A stretch of DNA of 64,000 nt, from NCBI GenBank assembly GCA_965204575.1, contig OZ241993.1:1040586-1104585 (forward strand), in the 5' to 3' direction. Position 1 is the stretch's first letter; the number at the start of each line of letters is the position of its first letter. The notes under the pieces are model-generated. The model had not been told where the DNA came from. It did no database searches and worked only from the letters and a program-made list of their open reading frames with translations. Of the stretch, positions 55,084 through 63,167 are shown one piece after another. Source of the DNA: an uncultured candidatus Porisulfidus sp. (GTDB lineage: Bacteria; Pseudomonadota; Gammaproteobacteria; Poriferisulfidales; Poriferisulfidaceae). The position numbers and the translations under genes were made by a program.

Positions 55084-56055
55084 ATGCCTTCCGGGGAACC
55101 CGTGCTGGTCACCGGCGGGGCTGGCTACGTGGGCAGCCATGTGGCGCTGGCGCTTCGCGAGGCGGGCTACCCTGCCGTGGTCCTCGACGACCTCTCCACG
55201 GGGCGGCGCGAGGCGGTGCCCGACGGGGTTGGATTCATCGAGGGCGATGTCGGCGACCGGGTCGCCGTCGGCCGCATCCTCGGGGAATCCCGCATCGCCG
55301 CCGTCGTGCATTGCGCCGCCAGCGTCAGCGTCCCCGAATCCGTGCGCGACCCGCTACGCTACTACCGCAACAACAACAGTGCGGGCACGGGCTTGGTCCG
55401 CGCCTGCGTCGAGGCCGGGGTGGGACGCTTCGTCTTCTCGTCGACCGCCTCGGTGTACGGCGTGCCGCGCACGGTGCCGATCCCCGAGGATGCCCTGACC
55501 CTCCCCATCAATCCCTACGGATGCTCCAAGCTGGCCTCCGAATGGATGCTGCGCGATGTCGCGGCGGCCCACGACTTCCGCTGCATCACGCTGCGCTGCT
55601 TCAATGCGGCCGGGGCCGACCCCCGGGGCCGGGCCGGGTCGGATGGCCCGGATTCCGGACACCTGATCGAGGTCGCCTGTGCGGCCCTCGCCGGCCGCCG
55701 CGACCGCGTCACCGTGTACGGCACGGACTACGGGACGGCGGACGGCACCTGCGTGCGGGATTACGTCCACGTGTCGGATCTCGCCGCAGCCCATGTCGCC
55801 GCGCTGCGCGAGCTCGAGGACGGGGGGGAAGGCGGCGTGTTCAACTGCGGCTACGGACGCGGCTTCTCGGTCCGCGAGGTGTTGGAGACGGTGCAGGCCG
55901 AGGCGCGCGTGCGCCTCGACATCCGCGACGGGCCGCGTCGCGCCGGCGACCCCCCGGTGCTGATCGCCGAGGCGTCGAGAATTCGACGGACGCTGCGCTG
56001 GTCGCCGCGCTTCGACGACCTCGCCGTGATCGTCCGCACCGCACTCGCCCGCTGA
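55084..56055 (+). CDS. galE: UDP-glucose 4-epimerase
   Basis: Rossmann motif VLVTGGAGYVGSH, catalytic YGCSK, and an SDR extended-family C-terminus. Confidence 0.85.
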   Translation: MPSGEPVLVTGGAGYVGSHVALALREAGYPAVVLDDLSTGRREAVPDGVGFIEGDVGDRVAVGRILGESRIAAVVHCAASVSVPESVRDPLRYYRNNNSAGTGLVRACVEAGVGRFVFSSTASVYGVPRTVPIPEDALTLPINPYGCSKLASEWMLRDVAAAHDFRCITLRCFNAAGADPRGRAGSDGPDSGHLIEVACAALAGRRDRVTVYGTDYGTADGTCVRDYVHVSDLAAAHVAALRELEDGGEGGVFNCGYGRGFSVREVLETVQAEARVRLDIRDGPRRAGDPPVLIAEASRIRRTLRWSPRFDDLAVIVRTALAR

Positions 56056-56207
56056 AACCGGCTTCCCGTCGCCGGGACCAGGCGAAGGCCGCGCCCGTGT
56101 GACCGGGGTCCGTATCCGGGCAGGGCCACGTCTTCGGGCGTGTAATGGCGCAGGAACGGCTTGCCGGGCGTGCCGCGGCGGTTGTCGAGCCTGCCGCTCT
56201 CGCGGCA

Positions 56208-56450
56208 TCATGCGAGCAGCCGGGTCAACTGCGCCCGCGACAGCCCGGTGGCCTTGCCCAGGTATGCCTTGAACGCCCCCTTGTCGGCCTTGCCCAGGTG
56301 CGGGCAGTCAAACTGCCGGCAGGTGGCTTCGGTGAAGCGGCAGGCGTCGCAGCGGGAGACCGGCTCCAGGTCGAACGAGTCGTTGCCGGCGGTGAAGTCG
56401 CGCAGGTCCTGCAGGGTCCGGATGCGTCGGGTGTTTAGCTTCAAGATCAT
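56208..56450 (-). CDS. Hypothetical small Cys-containing protein (weak call)
   Basis: An 80-aa stretch from an internal Met of a longer minus-strand ORF, with a CDACRFTEATCRQFDC cluster. Uncertain. Confidence 0.2.
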   Translation of the reverse strand: MILKLNTRRIRTLQDLRDFTAGNDSFDLEPVSRCDACRFTEATCRQFDCPHLGKADKGAFKAYLGKATGLSRAQLTRLLA

Positions 56451-56722
56451 CCTTCGGATGATCCCGCAGCCCTTCAGGCTCCTGTCTCGTTGGAAATGGT
56501 ATGAAGGCCGCCTTGGTTTTGGCGGGCGGATCATCAGGAGAGAGAGGCGAACCCTCCAGCCTGGTTGCTGGAAACCGATATTGTCCACCTGGGGCACTTT
56601 AGATGCCGTACCGGACTGCTGGAGGGTTCGCCTCCTCATCCGATCAGATCCAGGCCGGGCGGCCTTTATAATGGCAATCCACAAATGACGGGCTTCGGAA
56701 GCATCGGAGCATCGGCCAAACA

Positions 56723-57349
56723 ATGGAAGGACCCGACATCGTCTGCGTTCACCAGACCAACTTCCTGGAAAAGGAGGAAGCGCTCCGCCTGCGCGACCAG
56801 ATGGCCCAGGCCATCTCCCTGCACGGAAGCCAGGGGACCGTGGGCAGCAGAGACGGGAATTTCAGCGTCGACAAAACCTACCGGAACTCCAAGATCTACT
56901 TCCTCGACCCGTGGAACCCGCCCGACTGCATGGACGGCGACCTGGTGCGGGCGGTGTTCTACAAGATCGCCGGGTTTGCGGAAATCGCCTGCCGCACCAC
57001 CCTCAAGCACCTTGACATCCGCCTGAACGATCTCGCCGGCACCCCGCTTCAACTCGGCCGCTACCGGGTGGGCGAGCGGTACGAGGAGCATTCCGACAAC
57101 AGCGAGAGTTCGCATAAGGGGCGGCTGCTCTCGATCTCCGTGACCGTCTCGAGCGCCCGCGAGGGCGGCCACCTCTTGCTCAGGCGGCTTCCTCCGAGCA
57201 GTCCGGCGGTCGAGGAAATCCGGCAGGACCGGGCCATCGTCGCCTTTCCGAGCTGGGAACGGCACAGCGTGAGCGCCGTCGAGCAAGGGGAACGCTATTC
57301 GATCGTGACGTGGTTCGAAGGCACGCGCGGAAGCCCGGGGCAGCGGTGA
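56723..57349 (+). CDS. Prolyl 4-hydroxylase-like 2OG-Fe(II) oxygenase (P4Hc/PKHD type)
   Basis: RVGERYEEHSDNSE (HxD) ... KGRLLSISVTVSSAREGGHLLL ... AFPSWERHSVSAVEQGERYSIVTWF fit the P4Hc fold and match the layout of YbiX/PiuC-type hydroxylases. Confidence 0.7.
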   Translation: MEGPDIVCVHQTNFLEKEEALRLRDQMAQAISLHGSQGTVGSRDGNFSVDKTYRNSKIYFLDPWNPPDCMDGDLVRAVFYKIAGFAEIACRTTLKHLDIRLNDLAGTPLQLGRYRVGERYEEHSDNSESSHKGRLLSISVTVSSAREGGHLLLRRLPPSSPAVEEIRQDRAIVAFPSWERHSVSAVEQGERYSIVTWFEGTRGSPGQR

Positions 57350-57728
57350 CCGAGGCCCTGGGCCCGGACGCGGAAGGCGGGGCCGCCAGGCAGGCGGAAA
57401 CGGAAGAGGGCGTCGGCAGCGCCCTGCCCGAGGCGAGCAACTCACAAGTGCGGTGAATCAAGCGGCAGGCCTGCGGCTACCGCAGCCGCGAACGCGCCCG
57501 CCAAGCCATCTGCTTCCACCTCGGCGGGCCCGGCCTTTGTCCGGGACCTCCGTTCCAATTCCGTGAAGCCCCCCGCACATAGTCGGTCTCCATAGCGTAT
57601 ATAAGGATAAATGCACACAGGCAATGAGGGCAATGAGGGTGCGCGTGGGTTAGGCAATAATGGTAAGATAATCCTGCACCTGAAATGGATACGGTGCCTT
57701 GTATGGATGATTTGTACGGGAGAAGAAA

Positions 57729-57887
57729 ATGGAAGCATTTGATTGGGTTCTCGGCTCCGTACAGATTGTAATTTTAGGATTTTTGTGGACACTGCATAAG
57801 GACATGTCTCGTCTTGGTGAACGAGTAGCTAAGCTTGAAGGATTGTTTGAAGGATTTATTCGTACAGATAGAGAAAGCACCGCATAA
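57729..57887 (+). CDS. Small hydrophobic protein (52 aa, one TM helix), weak call
   Basis: MEAFDWVLGSVQIVILGFLWTLHKDMSRLGERVAKLEGLFEGFIRTDRESTA, in an AT-rich segment. Confidence 0.25.
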   Translation: MEAFDWVLGSVQIVILGFLWTLHKDMSRLGERVAKLEGLFEGFIRTDRESTA

Positions 57888-57960
57888 TCACGAAGTCAAT
57901 TCCTTGCAGGTGATGGTCTTGCCGGCCATCGCCCGGAACAGATCGTCCAGTCGGTCCTGA
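57888..57960. repeat. Degenerate repeat related to 1381-1450, in inverted orientation, with a 21-bp identical core aagaccatcacctgcaaggaa
   Basis: The reverse complement of 57888-57945 aligns with 1385-1445 at about 85% identity. Both encode SLQVMVLP(A/T)IARN-like fragments. Confidence 0.7.
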
Positions 57961-58219
57961 GTGTGCCGCTCGCAGTTGCCTGCGTTCAGGCGAAAGGTGG
58001 GCTCGTGACAGAGGGCAGATGGATGAACGAAGACAGCCGTGACGCCTGCGTGGGCCTTCAGTGGGCCTTCAGTCACGGTGTCGCGCTTGGCCCACAGGGT
58101 CCAGAGAGACACCGGAACGCTTTGGTGTAAATAGGATAAATGAAAATCTAAATTTCAAGTATCCTAAAACTACAGATCATTTTTCTGCTTTTCCCCGGAA
58201 CCGGCCATGAGGGGATACC

Positions 58220-60862
58220 CTATTCGCGCAGGGAGTCCCCGAGTTCCTTGATGTGCTGGCGCAGGGTATCGGAGATCTGCGTCTGCATCTTGGGGTCCCG
58301 GATCGGGCGGGACTTGGCGTCGGTCACGGTGAACACGTCCTGCACCTGCGCGCCCAGGGTCGTGATCCGCGCCTGGGTGATCCGGACCTGGCACGAGTCG
58401 AGGGCCCGGCTGACGGTCCACAGCAGGCCCGGGTGGTCGGAAGTCGAGAGGTTGATCCGGGTCTCGGGCGGGGTCTCGCGCTGCACGAATTCGATTTCGG
58501 TCGGGAGGTCGAAGTGCCGGGTCCGCCGTTTCGGTCGACGCAGCACCGGGCGGTCGAAGTCCCCCGGCGCCTGCGCCACGTTCTGCAGGGTGGTGCGCAT
58601 TTCCTCCAGCGCATAGCGTTCGCTGATCGGATGACCGTCGACGTCGGTCACCAGGAAGGTCTGCAGGATGTGGTGGTCGCGGGTCTTGGTGATGCGCGCG
58701 TACAGCACGTTCGCGCCGAGCCGGGCGAGCGCCGCCGTGAGCGGGACGAACAGGCGGGCATGGCTTTCATCGTAGACCAGCACTTCCGTGCAGTGATGCA
58801 CGCCCTGGTGGCGCACGAACACCTGGGTCGGGATTCCGGGGTTGCGGCCGACAATGCACTCGGTCTGCCAGGCCAGTTCGTCGTCGGTGTAGTGCAGGAG
58901 GTCGCCGTCGGACAGGGAGTCCCAGAACCGGTGGCAGGCGGCCGGTTCGCCTTGGGAGACTTTCGCGAGTGCCGAAGTCTTGAGGTCGTCGATCTGCCGT
59001 GCCGCGTCGAACGGCCGGTCCAGGCCGCGCTGCAACTGCTGGTCGGTCGCGACGTACAGCTGGTACAACAGTGCTTCGCGCCAGGGCGTCCACAGCGCCG
59101 GGTTGGTGCCGCGCAGGTCGGCGACCGTCAGCAGGAAGAGGCCGCGCAGGCGAACCCCGTTTCCGACCAGCCCCGCGAACTGGCTCACCACGTCCGGGTC
59201 GCTGATATCGCGCTTCTGCGACGTCATCGACATCTGCAGGTGATGCTCGACCAGCCAGTGAACCATGCCGGCGTCGTAGGCGCTCAGATGGTGATTCAGG
59301 CAAAACTCCCGGGCGAGCCTGCTGCCGATGCTGGAATGGTCGCCGTCGCGCCCCTTGCCGATGTCGTGGAACAGGGCCGCGAGGTACAGCAGTTCGGGCT
59401 TGGGGAATTGCAGGAACAGCTCGCGGTAGAGGGGGTTTTCGCCTTTCCGGACCGTCTTGGTGATATGCCGCAACTCGGTCAGCACCCGCAGGGTGTGCTC
59501 GTCCACCGGGTGGATGTGGAACAGGTCGTACTGCATCATGCCGACCACCTTCGCGAAGTCCGGCCAGTACCGGCGCAGGACGCCGTAACGGTTCATGCGG
59601 CGCAGTTCGCGGGCGACGTGCTGGGGCTGGCGCAGGATCTCCATGAACAGGCTCTTGGAGGCCAGCCGGGCGCGGAAGGCGTCGTCGATCCGATGCAGGC
59701 TGGCGCGGACCGACCGGATGGTGCGCGCCCGCACGCCCTCGATTTCGGGGTTTTGCTGCAGCAGCAGGAACAGTTCCAGAAGCCCTTGGGGGTGGCGCTC
59801 GAAGACCTGCTCGTTGCGGGTCTCCAGGTAGCCGTCCAGGGCCTGGAAATAGGCGTTCAGGGGCCTCGGGGCATTGCGGCTGGGCGGTTGCAGGCTCTCG
59901 CGGTACTGCTGGCCGAGCACTTCGGCGAGACGATCGATCTCGCTGGTCGTGCGGTAAAAGTCCTGCATGAACGACTCGACGGTATGGTTGACGGTGTCGC
60001 CCTGGTAGCCGAGCCGCTCGGCGATCGGGCGCTGGTAGTTGAACAGCAGGCGCTCTTCGGCCTGGCCGCTGGCCTCGTGCAGGGCGAAACGCACCCGCCA
60101 CAGGAACCGCTCTCCCTCGTGCAGCAGTTCCAGTTCCTCCGGCTCGCAGAAGTCCGACGGGCTCTCGATGTCTTCGTGCCGCTTCAGGATCCAGTGCAGG
60201 GTCTGGATGTCGCGCAGTCCGCCGGGCCCCTCCTTGATGTTGGGCTCCAGCCGGTAGTTGCTGCCGCCGAACTGCCGGTGGCGGAATTCCTGCTCCGTGA
60301 CCTTGCCTTGAAAGAATTGCCCGTGGGTCCACAGGGGCGCCCGGAACAGCCCGATCCGGGGCACCAGGTTGCCTTCCAGGTCGCGGGCCAGCTTGGAACT
60401 CCCGCACAGGTGCCTCATCTCGAGCCAACTGGTCATCAGGGTGATATCGTCGCGGGCGTCCTGGCGGCACTGGTGAACGGTGCGCACGCTCTGCGACAAC
60501 TTCAGCCCGCCGTCCCACAGGGCCTGGAAGAACGGGCCCAGTTCCTCCGGGGCGCGCCGCCCCCGGTACAGGGCCAGGATGTCGATATCGGAATAGGGGT
60601 GAAGTTCGCCCCGGCCGTAGCCGCCAACCGCGAGCAAAGCGAGATCCTCGACCTCATTCAACCGGTACTCGCGCCACAACACCTGCAGCATCCGGTCGAT
60701 GAGTTCGGCCCGTGCGTGGATCAGTTCGGCAATGTCATGGTCCGGGAAGCGTTCCGACAGGAACTGCTGGATCGCCTCGGTCCACCGCTTCCAGCTTGCG
60801 GGGCCGGCATCCTGCGGCGAGGGATGCGCGTTGAGGCAGGCCTGGGCCAGGTCGGTTCTCAC
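58220..60862 (-). CDS. glnD: Bifunctional uridylyltransferase/uridylyl-removing enzyme GlnD
   Basis: Nucleotidyltransferase motif LALLAVGGYGRGELHPYSDIDIL, an HD domain, and two C-terminal ACT domains. GTG start at 60862 overlaps the map stop. Confidence 0.88.
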   Translation of the reverse strand: MRTDLAQACLNAHPSPQDAGPASWKRWTEAIQQFLSERFPDHDIAELIHARAELIDRMLQVLWREYRLNEVEDLALLAVGGYGRGELHPYSDIDILALYRGRRAPEELGPFFQALWDGGLKLSQSVRTVHQCRQDARDDITLMTSWLEMRHLCGSSKLARDLEGNLVPRIGLFRAPLWTHGQFFQGKVTEQEFRHRQFGGSNYRLEPNIKEGPGGLRDIQTLHWILKRHEDIESPSDFCEPEELELLHEGERFLWRVRFALHEASGQAEERLLFNYQRPIAERLGYQGDTVNHTVESFMQDFYRTTSEIDRLAEVLGQQYRESLQPPSRNAPRPLNAYFQALDGYLETRNEQVFERHPQGLLELFLLLQQNPEIEGVRARTIRSVRASLHRIDDAFRARLASKSLFMEILRQPQHVARELRRMNRYGVLRRYWPDFAKVVGMMQYDLFHIHPVDEHTLRVLTELRHITKTVRKGENPLYRELFLQFPKPELLYLAALFHDIGKGRDGDHSSIGSRLAREFCLNHHLSAYDAGMVHWLVEHHLQMSMTSQKRDISDPDVVSQFAGLVGNGVRLRGLFLLTVADLRGTNPALWTPWREALLYQLYVATDQQLQRGLDRPFDAARQIDDLKTSALAKVSQGEPAACHRFWDSLSDGDLLHYTDDELAWQTECIVGRNPGIPTQVFVRHQGVHHCTEVLVYDESHARLFVPLTAALARLGANVLYARITKTRDHHILQTFLVTDVDGHPISERYALEEMRTTLQNVAQAPGDFDRPVLRRPKRRTRHFDLPTEIEFVQRETPPETRINLSTSDHPGLLWTVSRALDSCQVRITQARITTLGAQVQDVFTVTDAKSRPIRDPKMQTQISDTLRQHIKELGDSLRE

Positions 60863-61629
60863 GGGAACCGTTCGTCGGGCCGGGCGGTCAGCACCTCGAA
60901 GCCGTCCCCGGTGACCAGGATGGTGTGCTCCCACTGGGCCGACAGGCTGTGGTCGCACGTGACCACGGTCCACTGGTCCGGCAACAGCCGCACCTGCGGC
61001 ATCCCGGCGTTGATCATCGGTTCGACCGTGAAGGTCATCCCGGGCTTCAGCGCCATCCCGGTGCCGGCCTTGCCGTAGTGCAGGACTTGCGGGTCCTCGT
61101 GGAATTCGCGCCCGATGCCATGGCCGCAGTATTCGCGCACCACGGACAGGTTGCGGGCCTCCGCGAAGCTCTGGATGGCATGGCCGAGGTCGCCGAGCTG
61201 GAGGCCCGGGCGCACCAGGCAGATGGCCCGGTGCATCGCCTCGTAGGTCAGGTCGACCAGCCGGCGGGCCTGCACCGACGGCTTGCCGAGCAAAAACATG
61301 CGGCTGGTGTCGCCGTGGTAGCCGTCCTTGATGACGGTGACGTCGATGTTGAGGATATCGCCGCGCTTGAGCTTGCGGTCGGAGGGGATGCCGTGGCAGA
61401 CCTGGTGGTTGAGCGTGGTGCAGACGGATTTCGGGAAGCCGAGGTAGTTCAGCGGGGCCGGGACGGCGTCCTGCTTCTCCGTGATGTGACGGTGGCACAG
61501 GTCGTTGAGGTAATCCGTGGTGACCCCGACCTTGACGTGCTCGGCGATCATTTCCAGCACTTCCGCGGCGAGGCGCCCGGCGGTACGCATCTTCTCCACT
61601 TCGTCGGAGGTTTTGATGGTGACGGGCAT
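60859..61629 (-). CDS. map: Methionine aminopeptidase type I
   Basis: 256 aa. The metal ligands D, D, H, E, E are in their conserved positions. Confidence 0.93.
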   Translation of the reverse strand: MPVTIKTSDEVEKMRTAGRLAAEVLEMIAEHVKVGVTTDYLNDLCHRHITEKQDAVPAPLNYLGFPKSVCTTLNHQVCHGIPSDRKLKRGDILNIDVTVIKDGYHGDTSRMFLLGKPSVQARRLVDLTYEAMHRAICLVRPGLQLGDLGHAIQSFAEARNLSVVREYCGHGIGREFHEDPQVLHYGKAGTGMALKPGMTFTVEPMINAGMPQVRLLPDQWTVVTCDHSLSAQWEHTILVTGDGFEVLTARPDERFP

Positions 61630-61783
61630 GGCGGCGTGTGCGTCGGGAATCGTTTGGCGGCGGGGTTCCTATTATGGGCTATCGGGTCGTCAGGCGTGCG
61701 GCTGAGAGCTGCCTGTGTGGGAGGACAAGCGTGCAATTATGTTAGAATTATAGATATATTTCTGACATTTTTCCAGGAAAGCC

Positions 61784-62380
61784 ATGAAGAGCCTTCCGAA
61801 ACGCATCATGGAGCATGCGCAATCCCTGCCGGAAGCGGCGCCGCTGTGCGCGGGCGCCCTGCTGCACCTGGGCAACCGGGCCGCGGTCGACCAGTCGCTG
61901 TCGCGCCTGGCGAAGTCCGGGAAACTCTTGCGGGTCTGTCAGGGAGTCTATGTGCGACCCATTGAAACGCGCTTCGGCCTGCGCAACCCCTCTACCAGGC
62001 AGGCTGTCCGGGCGCTTTCGGAATTGTGGGGAGAAACTGTGGTCCCATGTGGCGGGGGAGCCGCCAGTGCCCTCGGCTTGACGACCCAGAATCCCGTCCA
62101 GTCGGTTTACCTGACTTCGGGGGCTGACCGCGAGCTACGGTTCGGGGCCCTGTCCGTGCTGTGGCGCCACGCTCCGCGCTGGCAACTGGTCGCGCCGAAC
62201 CGGCTGGCCGGCGCCGTCGTTCGGGCGCTGTCCTGGCTGCATCGCGAAGAGGCGGAAGAGGCGCTCAGGCAAGTCCTGCCCAATCTTTCCGAAGAGGACA
62301 AGGCCGAATTGCTCGAGGTTCGGGCGGTTATTCCGACTTGGATGGCGCAGGCCGTCAGCGAGGTGGTGGCCGGTGGCTGA
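61784..62380 (+). CDS. AbiEi-like (DUF6088-type) putative type IV antitoxin/transcriptional regulator, orphan
   Basis: The N-terminus PLCAGALLHLGNRAAVDQSLSRLAKSGKLLRVCQGVYVRP fits the AbiEi N-terminal winged-helix pattern. No AbiEii nucleotidyltransferase gene is adjacent. Confidence 0.55.
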   Translation: MKSLPKRIMEHAQSLPEAAPLCAGALLHLGNRAAVDQSLSRLAKSGKLLRVCQGVYVRPIETRFGLRNPSTRQAVRALSELWGETVVPCGGGAASALGLTTQNPVQSVYLTSGADRELRFGALSVLWRHAPRWQLVAPNRLAGAVVRALSWLHREEAEEALRQVLPNLSEEDKAELLEVRAVIPTWMAQAVSEVVAGG

Positions 62381-62498
62381 AACTTTTCTCCGTCTCTTGT
62401 CGGACGATGATCGGCGAGACCTTCTGGACCTTGTTGCAGGAATGCACGCGCGGTCTGACCATGTAGCACCTTTTTAGACATCACTTGATGTATAATTT

Positions 62499-62729
62499 AT
62501 GCATCATTCCCGGATGGAGGCCGGCATGCGAACGACCCTGAACATCGACGAGACCCTGCTGGCGCAGGCGCGGCTGCTCACCGACATCGAGTCGAAATCG
62601 AAGTTGGTGCGCGAGGCGCTGAGGGCGCTGGTGGAGCGGGAGAGTGCCCGCCGGCTCGCGAAACTGGGTGGCAGCCAGCCTGAACTTCTGGACGTTCCGC
62701 GCCGCCGTCTCGCCGATGATCCTGGTTGA
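62499..62729 (+). CDS. vapB: VapB-family antitoxin
   Basis: MRTTLNIDETLLAQARLLTDIESKSKLVREALRALVERESARRLAKLGG. Confidence 0.8.
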   Translation: MHHSRMEAGMRTTLNIDETLLAQARLLTDIESKSKLVREALRALVERESARRLAKLGGSQPELLDVPRRRLADDPG

Positions 62730-63087
62730 CACCTCGGTCTGGGTCGAGCATTTCCGCGTCGGCAACGAGGCGCTGGTCCGCCTGCTCGATGAACATCAGG
62801 TGTGGGTCCATCCGTTCGTAATCGGCGAGGTCGCCTGCGGCAACCTCGAGGATCGCAAGGAAATTCTGTCGGGGCTCACGCATCTTCCCGCGGTGCCGGT
62901 GGCGACGCATTCCGAGGTGCTGTTCTTCTTGGAGCGGAACCGGTTGGCAGGGCTCGGCATCGGCTACATCGACCTGCACTTGCTGGCGTCGGCATCGCTG
63001 GCGCCGCCGATGCGGCTGTGGACGCGGGACCGGCGTCTCGGGACGGTGGCGGACGGCATGGATTGCGCTTATGGACGCCACCACTAG
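62716..63087 (+). CDS. vapC: VapC-family PIN-domain toxin
   Basis: MILVDTSVWVEHF... The start overlaps the vapB stop. Confidence 0.85.
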   Translation: MILVDTSVWVEHFRVGNEALVRLLDEHQVWVHPFVIGEVACGNLEDRKEILSGLTHLPAVPVATHSEVLFFLERNRLAGLGIGYIDLHLLASASLAPPMRLWTRDRRLGTVADGMDCAYGRHH

Positions 63088-63167
63088 GGCAAAGGATTTG
63101 ACATGCATGTTCTACAATATGCTCCGTACAGTTACATAGACCCGTCAACCGTGCTGGAATAGGGCAG

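Noticed and set aside
56145-56723. Overlapping ORFs of 171 aa (minus strand) and 175 aa (plus strand) between galE and the P4H-like gene.
   Set aside because: Neither shows a convincing family signature. Only an 80-aa minus-strand C-terminal portion with a Cys cluster was kept, as a low-confidence hypothetical. The plus-strand ORF is Arg/Ser-rich low complexity.
57888-58112. A 74-aa minus-strand ORF (MSLWTLWAKRDTV...TITCKELTS) considered as a gene fragment, for example a YbaK-like end.
   Set aside because: It is the antisense reading of the degenerate proS-3'-like repeat fragment. Its similarity to the 1311-1517 ORF is explained by the nucleotide repeat rather than by a shared protein.
58220-61498. 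A glnD reading of 1092 aa extending through map.
   Set aside because: The N-terminal 212 residues are the out-of-frame antisense of map. The GlnD homology, the GTG at 60862 and the overlap with the map stop define the real start.
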